Assembly: GCA_963733375.1 (NCBI GenBank)
Contig: CAVTDB010000003.1
Coordinates: forward strand, 282,852 to 346,851
Direction: 5' to 3'
Source of the DNA: Nitrospirota bacterium
GTDB lineage: Bacteria > Nitrospirota > JACRHJ01
Length of the DNA: 64,000 nt
This document shows positions 9,945-24,098 of this stretch, piece by piece. A program made the position numbers and the translations under genes. A model generated the notes under the pieces. That model made no database searches and was not told where the DNA came from. It saw only the letters and a program-made list of their open reading frames with translations. Within the stretch, counting starts at the first letter, position 1. Each line of letters begins with the position of its first letter.

Positions 9945-9977
9945 AGGCCGCGGGGAAACCCGCGGCCTTCCTTTTTT
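9945..9977 (+). terminator. Rho-independent terminator
   Basis: aggccgcggg-gaaa-cccgcggcct followed by a T run. Confidence 0.8.
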
Positions 9978-10001
9978 GCCCCCGCCCCTCATCCGGCCGC
10001 C

Positions 10002-10030
10002 TTGACAGCTTCCCGGCCTGTTGCTAAATT
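10002..10030 (+). promoter_or_regulatory. Sigma70-type promoter
   Basis: TTGACA, 17 nt spacer, TAAATT with an extended -10 TG. Confidence 0.55.
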
Positions 10031-10093
10031 TAATGATGGGGGTATAACCACTTAAATAACTTGTCGCCCCCATCACTTAAACCGGGAGGGAAA

Positions 10094-10883
10094 ATGAAGA
10101 GATTATTATTGGCGGCGTTTATGGCAGTTCTTGTCGTCTCCGGGATCGCCTATGCCGACGACGCCGGCTATATGATCAAGGGGAAGGTGGTCTCCGTCGA
10201 TATGGCTGCAAAGACCGTAGTGGTCGACACTGACCAGGGCCAGAAAACTATCCTTTTCCAGGGTGCGGAGGGCTTGACAGGGGCGGAAGGGGCCTGTTCG
10301 CCTAACGTGAAGCCCGGCGACAACGTTGAGATCAGCTGCGTTGACGTGTCCGGAAAAGCCTGCGGCAAGAACATTAAGGTCATCGCTATCGCCCAGAAAA
10401 CAAGCGTTTTTGAAGGGGAAGTGGTATCGGTTGACCCCTCGGGCAAGACATTGGTCCTGAAAAACGACCAGGGCCAGGAGATGACGCTGAGGATTGAATC
10501 TTCATCCGCCGAAAAACTTACACCAATGCCGGGCGGGACGTATAAAGTCCGAGCCGGTGCCCATGACGGAGCTTCAGCCCGGCACAAAGGTACGGGTGGA
10601 CTGCTTCGACAGCGAGGGCAAATTCTGCGCCAACAGGGTAACTGTCGTCGCCCCCGGGGAGCCGGCTGCAAAGGTTTATACGGGTCAGATCGTATCGATA
10701 GACCCGGCTGGCAAGACGATCGTCATCAGCACGACCGAAGGCCAGAAAACTCTTTATTATCAGGAGTCCACAACCGGTATGCCTCTGACTAACGAAGAGG
10801 TTGGCAAGCGCGTGAAGGCGTATTGCCTTGACGTGGAGGGCAAGAGCTGCATCCGGGACATAACGGAAGAGCCCGCGCCGTAG
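10094..10883 (+). CDS. Exported protein with three OB-fold-like (DUF5666-like) repeats; one indel near 10545
   Basis: Signal peptide; three units of 'G.VVS(V/I)D...KT.V' ... 'V...C.D..GK.C' when the two frames are joined. Confidence 0.7.
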
Positions 10884-10910
10884 CTTAAGACTGGTTATCA
10901 GAAATCAAGA

Positions 10911-10939
10911 GAGGCGGCGCATAATGCGCCGCCTTTTTT
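10911..10939 (+). terminator. Rho-independent terminator
   Basis: aggcggcgca-taa-tgcgccgcct followed by a T run. Confidence 0.8.
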
Positions 10940-11077
10940 ATCGCCTTCTCCCACTCCCAACGCCTTTCAGGCCGCCCTGTTTCAATCCCATAAATTTATT
11001 GACTGCCCGGTTGATTTATGAGCAAATGTCAGCGGCTTTGAAATGCCGTCCATCTGAACCCGGGAGACGAAAAGGAA

Positions 11078-11794
11078 ATGGCAACGAAAAAGGGAACTGG
11101 CCGCGTAATATGCCAGATATGCAAGATGGAAAAAAAGCCGGCGGAGATGATACCGGCAGTGCTGATCCGCGGTCCCGTGACAGAACGGATTAAGGCTGCG
11201 TATCCCGACTGGTCGCCAGACGGCTATATATGCCGTCCCGACCTCAACAGGTTCAGGGACGAATATGTCGAGGATGCAATAAAGCAGGACAAGGGCGAGC
11301 TTACGGAGCTTGAGAACCAGGTCGTAAAAAGCCTCCGAGACCAGGAGCTTCTGACCAGGAACATCAACGACGAGTTCGACCGGCAATCCACCCTGGGGGA
11401 GAAGCTCGCGGATAAGATCGCGGACTTCGGCGGGAGCTGGCGGTTCATAGGGATATTCGGGACGGTGCTGTTTGTGTGGCTCGGAATAAATACGACTCTA
11501 TTTTTCCTGAAACCGTTCGACCCGTACCCGTACATTTTTCTAAACCTGATCCTTTCCTGTCTTGCCGCGATTCAGGCGCCGGTTATAATGATGAGCCAGA
11601 ACAGGCAGGAGTCGAAAGACCGCTTAAGGGCGGAGCATGATTACAAGGTCAACCTGAAGGCGGAGCTTGAAATCCGGCACCTGCACGAAAAAGTGGACCA
11701 TCTGCTGGTGAACCAATGGCAGAGGCTCCTGGAAATACAGGAGATTCAAACGCAGCTTATGGAAGAGCTTTCAGAGAAGCGGCCGCGGCCGTAA
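11078..11794 (+). CDS. DUF1003 domain membrane protein
   Basis: 'ADFGGSWRFI', 'FDPYPYIFLNLILS', 'QAPVIMMSQNRQ' and 'NLKAELEI'. Confidence 0.92.
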   Translation: MATKKGTGRVICQICKMEKKPAEMIPAVLIRGPVTERIKAAYPDWSPDGYICRPDLNRFRDEYVEDAIKQDKGELTELENQVVKSLRDQELLTRNINDEFDRQSTLGEKLADKIADFGGSWRFIGIFGTVLFVWLGINTTLFFLKPFDPYPYIFLNLILSCLAAIQAPVIMMSQNRQESKDRLRAEHDYKVNLKAELEIRHLHEKVDHLLVNQWQRLLEIQEIQTQLMEELSEKRPRP

Positions 11795-11819
11795 AAAAAT
11801 CTGGAATAAACCGCTTATT

Positions 11820-13161
11820 TTATTCCACTATATCTTCCTTCTTGAAATTCGCCGCGAAGATGTCCACCACGCTTGGGTCGAACTGGGTGCCGGAGTTGGC
11901 TCTAAGTTCCGTGACGGCCTCCGCGAAGCTCCTCGTGGGCTTGTATGACCTGGCGCTGACTATCGTATCGAACGTCTCCGCCACCGCGATTATCCTCGCC
12001 CCCAGCGGTATCTCCGTCCCGGAAATCCCTTTCGGGTAGCCTTTCCCGTCGTATCGCTCGTGGTGGGACAGCACCAGCGGGGCCGTGGGCTGCCAGATGC
12101 TGATGGACTTTATCATATCGTATCCCAGGTTCGAGTGCAGTTCGAACTTCTGTTGCCCCCAGTGTTCGTCCTTGTCGTACTTCAGTAGCCCTATGTCGTG
12201 CAGGAGCGCGCCGAAATAGACCTTCTTCTGCTCGTCCTCGTTTAAACCCATGTCCTTGGCAATCTTCACCGAGTACCGCGCCACGCGCCGGGCGTGCCCC
12301 TTCTTCTCCGGTATGTGGTAGTCCATCGCGGACATGAGTATCTCGGTCACCTGGATGAAATCGGTATGCGAGGACTCGTTGCTCTTGGTCCGGTAAATCG
12401 ACAGGGCGGCATGGTCCGCCAGGGAGAATAAAATTTTCAGGTCCTGCTCCGAGAACAGCTCCCCGTCCTTCTTGTTCAGCACCTCGAGGACGCCGATGTT
12501 CCTGCCGTCCATCACGAGGGGCACGCAGAGCATCGAACGGGTCTTAAAGCCGGTCTCCTGGTCGTATTTACCGGAGAATCGGGGGTCGTTTTTCACGTCG
12601 TTCAGCATGACGGGCTTCCCCTCGCTGAGCGACCCAGCCGGTCAGGCCTTCGCCCGAGCTTGACCTCCCTGCCCTTCAGGGCCGCGGCGTTCCTGCCGGA
12701 GAGATGGACGAACTTAAGCAGACCTGTCTCGTCGTAGAGGAGCACCGAACTGGCTTCGGCATTTAATAGCTTGGTCGCGGAGCTGGCGATGGAGTCCAGA
12801 AGGACGTCCACGTAGAACCCTTCCCTGAAGTTCTTGGTAAGGTCGAGCAGCGTATCCATCCTGGTATTCAGCGTCTTCAGCGTACTGATGGACTCGCCCG
12901 CGGCGCGGTTCGTCAGTATAAGGCCCATGACGGAGAGGAATACGGTGAGGACGAGCAGTATGGCTATTACTTCGGGATGCTGGAGTTGCCCCTCTTTTCC
13001 GCTTCGGGCGTGATGTAGTCCAGGTAGAGGTAGGTCATCACGATTATCGGAACGATTGAGGCGATGAAATAGGAGAGTTTCAGCTTGTTGCTTATCCCGG
13101 CCCCGGCGACCGGCTTGACTATATTTTTTGGCTGGCTTTTTGGCGGCTCACGTCTTGGCAT
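11820..13161 (-). CDS. Membrane-anchored GAF + HD-GYP protein (putative cyclic dinucleotide phosphodiesterase); split by indels
   Basis: N-terminal TM segments, GAF 'NDPRFSGKYDQETGFKTRSMLCVPL...EVLNK', 'LLHDIG' and 'HHERYDGKGYP'. Confidence 0.85.
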
Positions 13162-13225
13162 CTGTCCCCCCTTTTTTCGTAAGGCTCGTTTTTTTCGCGA
13201 TTATCCGATAAATTCAGTACGGTTG

Positions 13226-14453
13226 TCAAGAATTAGGATTATTCCCGAAAATTGCCTGGAATTCGGGGGAGGTGCGGACCAGGTCGAAATCGTGGTCGCG
13301 CTCCGCCTCGGCCAGCGCGCCCTTGTCCGACTGGGCGGCCCTCTTAAGGGCGTTTGCGGAAGACCTTGCGTCCCCTTCCCTGGCATACGCGCAGGCCTTG
13401 TTGTAGTTGGCCATGACGTTCTTTTTTTCTATTTTCAGGACCTCGTCGAAGCACGAGAACGCCTCATCCTGCCTGCCTAGGTGAGAGAGCACGCTGCCTT
13501 TGTTGTTCAGCGCGTCCAGGTTCCCGGGCTCCAGGCCGAGCACGCGCTCGAAGTCGGCCAGCGCCTCCTTATGCCTCCCTAACCTTACAAGGGATATACC
13601 GCGGTCGAAATATATCAGCGGGTCCGCGGGAGATTTGAGCGCCTCGCGGTCGTATATTTTTATAGCCTCCTCGTCCGCCCCCATGTCCCCCAGAATATTC
13701 GCCTTCTCAAGGTTCGCCCCCGCAAAGTCCGGGTCCAGCTCCAGCGTCCGCTCAAGCGCCATGACCGCATCCTCCGGGTGCCCCAGTTTTTCGAGCATTA
13801 AAGCGGCGTTATAGGACAGGCCGGGGTTATCGGGGGTGGCTACCAGCGCCTTCCTGTACAGGTTGCAGGGCCTCCGAGTACCGTCCCATCTGGCTTAAGG
13901 AATAGGCGCGGCCTTCGAGGTAAGAGGGCTCGCTCGGATCTTCTTTCAAGAGCCCCTTGAAAATCGCCTCCGCCTCGGGATAACGCTCCGCGCGGTTCAA
14001 GGTGACCCCTTTGTTATACAGCGCGTCTTTCATACCCGGGTCAATCCGAAGCGCCTCGTCGTATGCCGCGAGCGCGGCTTCCATCTGCCTTGTCTCGCCC
14101 AGGGAATCGGCCAGCGACAGATAAACATCCGCCGATTCCTGGTCCAGGGCCAGGGCTTCCCGGTAAACCTTTATGGCGCCTTTATGGTCGCCCATCCTGG
14201 CAAGCAGAAGCCCCAGGTTATGATAGACCTCCGGCGTCTCGCCCTGGGTTACCAGCGCCTGCTCGTAAAGCGCCGCCGCCTTCTCGTAGTATCCAAGCTT
14301 CGTGGCGGCTATGGCCGCGGTATTGAGCGCTTCAAGGTTATAATGGTTCCTTGCCAGGGCCTTCTCCGCGTAATCGAACGCCTTGCGGTAGTCCCCGGCC
14401 TTGAGCGCCTGCCATGCGGAATCCCTGTAATATTTAAAGTACCTGCCTTCCAA
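13226..14453 (-). CDS. Tetratricopeptide repeat protein (indel near 13850)
   Basis: Continuous TPR motifs over ORFs 13827-14453 and 13226-13798; C-terminal 'YNKACAYA...DHDFD'. Confidence 0.8.
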
Positions 14454-15724
14454 CTACTGCCCGCCTTCTTTCAGCACGTTGTCCAGCCTGGCCTTCACCT
14501 CGCCGGCCATGGCGCCGTCAGGCGAGTAGTAAAGGTACTTGTCATAGGCGCGGGCGGCCTCCTTGTATTTTTTCATGTTGTTGTATGCGTTCCCCATTAT
14601 GAAATACGCCTCCGCCATGTTCGGCTCGTACGTCACGGCATTTTTGGCCTCGGTTACCGCCTCGTCGTAATATCCCTGCCGGAGGTATATCCCGGCTAAG
14701 TTGTTATGCGCGACGGCCATGTCCGGCTTCTGGGAGAGCGCCGTTTTGAATTCCTCGACGGCTCTGGCCACCGAGCCCCTTTTATAAAAAGCCACGCCAA
14801 GGTCTGCATGGGCCTCGGGGAAATCCTTCCGGAGCTGTACGGCCTTCCTGAACGCCTCTATGCTCTTATCGAGATAGTCGACGCGCTCCCTGGCGTCCTT
14901 GGTCTCCGCGCCCAGCACCCCGTAAACAAGGCCCTTGTAATAATGCGCTTCGGGAAGCAGGGCGTCTAATTTTTCCGCCCTGTCAAGTGCCGCAAGGGCG
15001 TCATCGAAATCGGACTTCTTGTAATCGACATACCCCAGCACGGCATAGGCCAGGGCGTAGTCGGGCCTTAGCTCCAGCGCCCGGTTCAGTTCGGTTTTCG
15101 CGCCCTCGTACATGTCCTGCTTCGCGTAGGACATGCCAAGCCCCAGGTGCGCCTCCTTGTCCTTCGGGTCCTCGTCGAGTGCCCGCAGGTATTTGTCGAT
15201 TGCGTCGTTGTACTTAAGCTGTTTGAAATATATGTCGCCAAGGCGCGTATTCACCTGCGGGTAGTGAGGAGTCCAGCTCCAGCACGCGCATCAAGTCGTG
15301 GACCGCCTCGTCATATCTCTTCAGCGCCATCAGCTCTTTCCCGTGCAGGAACCGGGCCTGCGCGTCGTTTCCGTCCATGGCGATAAGCGACTGGTACAGC
15401 TTTAGCGCGCCCAGGTGGTCGCCGTCTTCGGAGACTTTGGATGCCTTCCTGATTACCTTCTGATAGGCATTGTAGTCCTTGAGGGTCTTCTCCAGGTCTA
15501 TCTGGTCTTTATTAAACCCGCGTCTCCCCGCTTTGCATCTTCAGGTAGACCTTATCTCCCTGGAACCTGTGCGACTGCACTTCCATCGTGGAGCCGTTCT
15601 TGAAGTAAACGAGATATGCGTGAAGCGGGGACGGGTGCGGCAACAAGGAGGAGCAAAAGCGCCGCGAGAAGATACAGGGCAGGGCGCCTCCCGCGCGCCA
15701 AAAAGGATAACGGGAGGCGGGCAT
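14454..15724 (-). CDS. Exported TPR protein (5' part frameshifted; start approximate)
   Basis: TPR motifs at 14454-15254; upstream fragment 'AYLVYFKNGSTMEV' follows a signal-like segment. Confidence 0.7.
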
Positions 15725-15794
15725 GCTGTGCGGGGGCGGCGAAAGTCGCTGGACGGTTTAGCGCCTTGCGCGTCTGCAACATATTTATAATCCT

Positions 15795-18878
<3,084 letters not shown>

Positions 18879-18886
18879 GGACTGAC

Positions 18887-19903
18887 TCAGATCAGGACTT
18901 CCCGCTTCAGCCTCAGGAACAGGTCCTCCGCCATCAACCTCCTGTTGAACGTCCTCTCCAGCGCCCTGCCCGTCTGTCCCAGGAGCGAAATCGCCTCCTC
19001 CGACCTCCATCCGCCTATCCTCCCAACCCATATCCTTAACTCGGAAGTTAAGTCCCGGTTGATTGCGAGCGACTCTTTCGCGCCCGCGCTTAATATCATT
19101 ATGTCTCTAAACCATGCGCTCCCGAACACCACGAGGTCTTCGAGAACGCCCTCATCGGCGGCCATCTTTTCCGCCGCTTTCAAAACCTGCGGGAGAGTTT
19201 TTTCCGGCAGCTTGTTCATGAATTTTATGACGTCCCGCCTTCGCTCCAGCAGGTCGGAGGGATCAACTCCCAGCGCCTCACCCGGCCTCCCGCCGGTCAG
19301 GCGCGCGACAATCAACGCGTCCTCATGCGGAAGCCCCTTCTTCTCCATCAAAAGGCGCGCCAGCGCCTCCTCGCTTAAGCAGGAGAACCCGACTGCCCGG
19401 CATCTGGATAATACCGTCGTGAGAAGGCTGTCCGGCCTCGAGGTCACCAGCACTATGTGGCTTTCAGCCGGCGGCTCCTCCAGTGTCTTCAGGAAGGCGC
19501 TCATCGCCTCCTCGTTCATCAGGTGCGCGCCGTCAACTATCAGCGCTTTCCTGCCGCCGCCGACGGACTTAAGCGATATAAACTCCTGCGCCGCCCGGAC
19601 CTGCGCGATGACTATCGCCTGGCGCATCTTCCCCGTGTCCGGGTTCGGCTCCAGCCCCACCGCCATGATATTCGGGTGGCAGCCGGAATTTATATTCCGG
19701 CAGCTCTGGCAGACCCCGCACGAGTCGCCGTCAAGGGTGGGGTTCGAACAGTTCAGGGCCTTCGCAAGCGCGAGCGCGACGAGCCTTTTGCCGACTCCTT
19801 CCTCTCCGTAAAAGAGGTACGCCGGCGGGAGCTGTCCGGTGGATAAGTTCCTCCGGATTACCTCCAACTGCCGCTCATGGCCTAAAATAGAAGAAAAGTT
19901 CAA
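18887..19903 (-). CDS. holB: DNA polymerase III subunit delta'
   Basis: 'AYLFYGEEGVGK', 'CGVCQSC', 'LKTLEEPP' and 'TVLSRC'. Confidence 0.93.
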   Translation of the reverse strand: MNFSSILGHERQLEVIRRNLSTGQLPPAYLFYGEEGVGKRLVALALAKALNCSNPTLDGDSCGVCQSCRNINSGCHPNIMAVGLEPNPDTGKMRQAIVIAQVRAAQEFISLKSVGGGRKALIVDGAHLMNEEAMSAFLKTLEEPPAESHIVLVTSRPDSLLTTVLSRCRAVGFSCLSEEALARLLMEKKGLPHEDALIVARLTGGRPGEALGVDPSDLLERRRDVIKFMNKLPEKTLPQVLKAAEKMAADEGVLEDLVVFGSAWFRDIMILSAGAKESLAINRDLTSELRIWVGRIGGWRSEEAISLLGQTGRALERTFNRRLMAEDLFLRLKREVLI

Positions 19904-19916
19904 TTTATATTTACCC

Positions 19917-20594
19917 TTAAGAGGGGGACAGAAGGGGCGTTACTACTTTCCGTATCGCCGCCTGTATCTCTTCAACCGTGCCGGAAGCGTCGATAATTTT
20001 AAACCTGTCCGTCTCGCAGGAGGCGATGGTCAGATACCCCTGGCGCACCTTCTCATGGAACTCGTCCGGCTCTTCCTCGAACCGGCCTTCGTGCCCCTGC
20101 TCATTATCGCCGTTTCTCTTTCGAGCGCGTTTAAGGCCTTCCTCCACCGGCAGGTCGAGCAGAAGCGTCAGGTCCGGCGTCAGGCCGTGCGTCGCAGCCT
20201 CCGTCAGGTCGGCGATAGTATCCATGTCAACCCCTCTGCCGAAGCCCTGGTACGCGGCGGTGGCATCGACGAACCGGTCGCATATCACGACCGCGCCTCT
20301 CGTCAGCGCGGGTTCTATCACTTCGGCGACGTGCTGTGCGCGGTCGGCGAAGTAGAGCAGAAGCTCGGCGCTTCTGTCCATCCCGGCGCTTTTCGGGTCC
20401 AGCAGGATTTCCCGAATCCTTTTGCCGATGTCCGTCCCGCCCGGCTCGCGTGTGGAAACGACTTCGCGGCCCTTCCCCTTCAGGTACTCGCCCAGAAGCT
20501 TCGCCTGGGTGGTCTTCCCGCAGCCCTCAATGCCTTCTAATGTGATGAAAAAACCTTTGGACAATTTATTGTTCGCGTGGAGCATTCTTTCCAA
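19917..20594 (-). CDS. tmk: Thymidylate kinase
   Basis: 'FITLEGIEGCGKTTQ', 'TREPGGT', 'DRF' and 'PDLTLLLD'. Confidence 0.95.
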   Translation of the reverse strand: MERMLHANNKLSKGFFITLEGIEGCGKTTQAKLLGEYLKGKGREVVSTREPGGTDIGKRIREILLDPKSAGMDRSAELLLYFADRAQHVAEVIEPALTRGAVVICDRFVDATAAYQGFGRGVDMDTIADLTEAATHGLTPDLTLLLDLPVEEGLKRARKRNGDNEQGHEGRFEEEPDEFHEKVRQGYLTIASCETDRFKIIDASGTVEEIQAAIRKVVTPLLSPS

Positions 20595-20677
20595 AAATTA
20601 TTACTTCACAATAATGCGTGGACGGCAACGTCCATTTACGTTCAACGATAATTTTTCTACAAGAAGTCCACCCTCAG

Positions 20678-23190
20678 TTATTTCCGTTCCTTGATTATCC
20701 GCTTGAATATCTCTACCGCCTCCATCGCGTCGCGGGAGAACGCCGCCGCGCCGATGGACTTCGCGTAGCTCTCCGTAACCACCGCGCCGCCAAGGACTAC
20801 CGGTATATTCAGGCCGCGCCTGTCCCGTTCCTTTATCACCGCGCCCATCTGCGTCATGGTGGTGGTCATAAGCGCGGAGAGGCCTATAACGTCGGGCTTG
20901 TGTTTCTCCGCCTCGTTCAGGACGCTCTCTACAGGCACGTTCTTGCCCAGGTCGATTACTTCCAGGCCGTGGTTCTCAAGCAGCGTGGCCAGGATGTTCT
21001 TCCCGATGTCGTGCACGTCGCCGTAAACGGTAGCCAGCAGCACCTTCCCGGCATTGCGGGACTGCCCCTTCATCTCAACCTTAAGCCGTGCGAACGCCGC
21101 CTTCATCGTCTCCGCGGACTGCATCACCTGCGGGAGGAATATCTCGCCGGATTCGTATAGTTTGCCTACTTCTTCCAGAGCGGGGATAAGGCAGGTATTG
21201 CCGACTTCCATCGGCTCCATGCCCTTTGCGAGGACTTCCTCCACGAGTGATACGATATTATCCTTGTCGCCTTCAATAACTGCTTTTTTAATTTTGTCCT
21301 CGAAAGTAAACCGATAACAGCTGTTCCCAAGATTGACAGTGCGGTAAAGCGGATGTTCGACAGCATATCTGACATAATTCCTTATATCCCTTTACGTAAC
21401 TTCCCCGCGCCCTATCCCGGCCCGTCAGCACCGCGCCAGCCGCCATCGCGTCCCTTATGCAATGGTCGTAATGATTCACCATCGCCGCGTCCAGGCCATG
21501 CGAAGCGCCATCGCCAGATAGGTCGCATTGATCAGCGGCCTCTCCGGGAGCCCGAAGGAGACATTGCTGATGCCAAGCGAAGTGGTCAGTCCCAGCTTGT
21601 CCTTTATGAGCGAGATGGCTTTCAGGGTTTCAAGACAGCCTGGTCCTGCTCCGCGGATGCGGTCATAACGAGGCAGTCGATCACCAGGTCTTCCTTCGGA
21701 ATCCCGTGGGCAACGCAGGCATCCAGAATCTTCTCCGCGATTCTCAGCCGTTCTTCGGCTGTCTGCGGGATGCCGGAGTCGTCAATCGTCAGCCCCACCA
21801 CCGCCGCGCCGTATTTTTTAACCAACGGAAGTATTGATTCTAATCTTTCCTTGTCGCCGGTCACGGAGTTCACGAGGCATTTTCCGCCGATTTCCTTCAA
21901 GGCGGCTTCTATAGCCTTCGGGTCGGTGGAATCAATGACCAGCGGCAGGTCCGTCGCCCCTTCAGCCGCGCGCACGACACTCGCCATGAGCGCTTCCTCG
22001 TCCGCGCCGGGCAGGCCGACGTTAATATCAATCAGCGCCGCGCCGGATTGCGTCTGCTCCCTGGCCTCGCGCTTCACGATATTGAAAACTCCATTTGAAA
22101 GCTCTTCGGAGAGCGCCTTCCTGCCGGTCGGGTTTATCCGTTCGCCGATTACCGCGGGCATGAAGCCCGTCCCGACGGATACGAGCCTCGTCCGGCTGGT
22201 CAGGCGGGTACCGGTAGGGCGCGACGCCTGTCGGCGCGCCGTCTGACCGCCTTTTTCCCTGACGGCGTCCGCTATGGCCTTAGTATGGGCGGGAGTGGAG
22301 CCGCAGCAGGAGCCGATCAATTTCACTCCGAGGCCTACGAATTTCCCGGCCCATTCGCCAAGCTCACCGGGTGACGCCGGGTATATGGTCTTGCCGTCCA
22401 CAAGCTTCGGAAGCCCCGCGTTCGGCTGAAACAGCAGGTCCACCGTTGCGGCGGCGGCCATTATCTTTGCCGCCTCGTATATGCCTTCCGGCCCAAGTGA
22501 GCAGTTTGCGCCTACGAAGTCCGCCCCGGCCGCTTCCAGCACGGCAACCGCGACATCCGGCGGCGTCCCCAGAAGCGTCCGCAGGTCCTGCTGGAATGTC
22601 ATAGTGATGGCGACCGGAAGCCGGTGACCGGCCTCGGACGATGCCGCCTTCGCCGCTATCACGGCGCACCTGGCCTCTTTCAAATCGGACATAGTCTCAA
22701 TAAGCAGTAAGTCCGCCCCGGCCTCGGCCAGCGCCTTTGCCTGCTCGTGGAAATTGGCGTAGGCGTCGTCGAAGGACAGCTCGCCCACCGGCTCGAGGAA
22801 CTTCCCCGTCGGCCCCATGTCGCCCGCGATGAATACCGGCGTGGCGCCGGGGCCTCGCTCCCTGCAATATGAATCAGCCGCCGTCCCTGGCCGCCTTACC
22901 GCCGCGCGGGATACTTCGGCTACCTTATCCCCAAGGCCGTACTCGGAAAGCTTTATCCGGCTCCCGCCGAAGGTGTTGGTGGTCAGGATATCCGCCCCGG
23001 CCATGGCGTACTGCAGATGGATTTTCGTAACGATATCCGGCCGTTCCAGGTTCATAGACTCCGGGCACGCCCCGGGCTTAAGCCCGGATTCCTGGAGCAT
23101 GGTCCCCATCGCGCCGTCAAGGACTAAAATACGGCCTGAAGAGCCCCCTAACGCATTGATAAAACCTATTTTATCCAAACCCCCTCGCAA
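20678..23190 (-). CDS. metH: Cobalamin-dependent methionine synthase (Hcy-binding, pterin-binding, cap and B12 domains; no C-terminal activation domain); indels at ~21250-21630
   Basis: 'LDGAMGT', 'GANC', 'GSCCG', 'IGERINPTG' and 'GDVHDIGKN...GLSALMTTT'. Confidence 0.88.
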
Positions 23191-23348
23191 ACTGAAAAAA
23201 CCAAAGGATGATAAGTATTTGAAGTGGGAATGATACTATAAAAAAGGGTGCGTTGCAATAAGAAAAGACTTGAGATTAAAAGTGAAAAGGCTTATTATGA
23301 AAGGCGGAATCTCGATTTTTATAAGCAGTGCAGGAGTAATTACTAAAG

Positions 23349-24098
23349 ATGGCTGACGACTATAAAAGTTCCATAAAGAAGAAGATGCTCGCGGGGCTCT
23401 TCGTGACCTTCCCGCTGGTGCTAAGCGTACTCGCCGTGGTCTGGCTGTTCAAGATTTTAGACGGCATACTCGGAGGAGAGATTTACAAACTGCTGGGGCG
23501 CGAGTACCCCGGGCTTGGGCTTATCCTTTCGCTCCTGGTCATCTATACCTTCGGTACCTTAGCCACTACCGTCCTTGGAAAAAAAATACTGGACAGGTTC
23601 GAGCGTTTCATGCTCCGCCTGCCGGTTTTCAAAAGCTTCTACAGCACATTCAAGCAGTTAGGCGATGCGTTTTCGCCGGAGAACCGCTCCGCGTTCAAGA
23701 AGTTCGTCATCGTGCAATATCCGCGCGAGGGGGTGCACTCGTTCGGCTTCCTCACGAAAGAGTGCAGCATCCAGAACAGCGACGGGGAAAAGGAATGCCA
23801 CTATACGGTCTATATCCCCACTAACAACCTCTACTTAGGGGACGTGAGGCTATTTAAAAAGGATCAGGTAATCCTGACGGACATCAGCATCGAAGAGGGG
23901 ATAAAGATCCTGCTTTCGGCGGGGATAGCCGCGCCGAGCCTAATTATCAGGGAAGATATGACTCATATAACCCATATTATAAAAGCGCCCTACCGCATAC
24001 GCCGCGCCCGCCACCCCCTGAGGTATCCCGAAACGCTGCCTTCCGTTACTCCCGCCGTCGGACCGGCCCCCGCCGTCCTTAAGGGGGAAGCCGAGTGA
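23349..24098 (+). CDS. DUF502 domain membrane protein
   Basis: Two TM segments, 'RLPVFKSFYSTFKQL', 'YIPT' and 'IEEGIKILLSAG'. Confidence 0.85.
   Translation: MADDYKSSIKKKMLAGLFVTFPLVLSVLAVVWLFKILDGILGGEIYKLLGREYPGLGLILSLLVIYTFGTLATTVLGKKILDRFERFMLRLPVFKSFYSTFKQLGDAFSPENRSAFKKFVIVQYPREGVHSFGFLTKECSIQNSDGEKECHYTVYIPTNNLYLGDVRLFKKDQVILTDISIEEGIKILLSAGIAAPSLIIREDMTHITHIIKAPYRIRRARHPLRYPETLPSVTPAVGPAPAVLKGEAE

Noticed and set aside
21250-21630. Possible insertion inside metH
   Set aside because: Pieces of the pterin-binding and cap domains (SNVSFG, RDAMAA) are present in shifting frames, consistent with sequencing noise.
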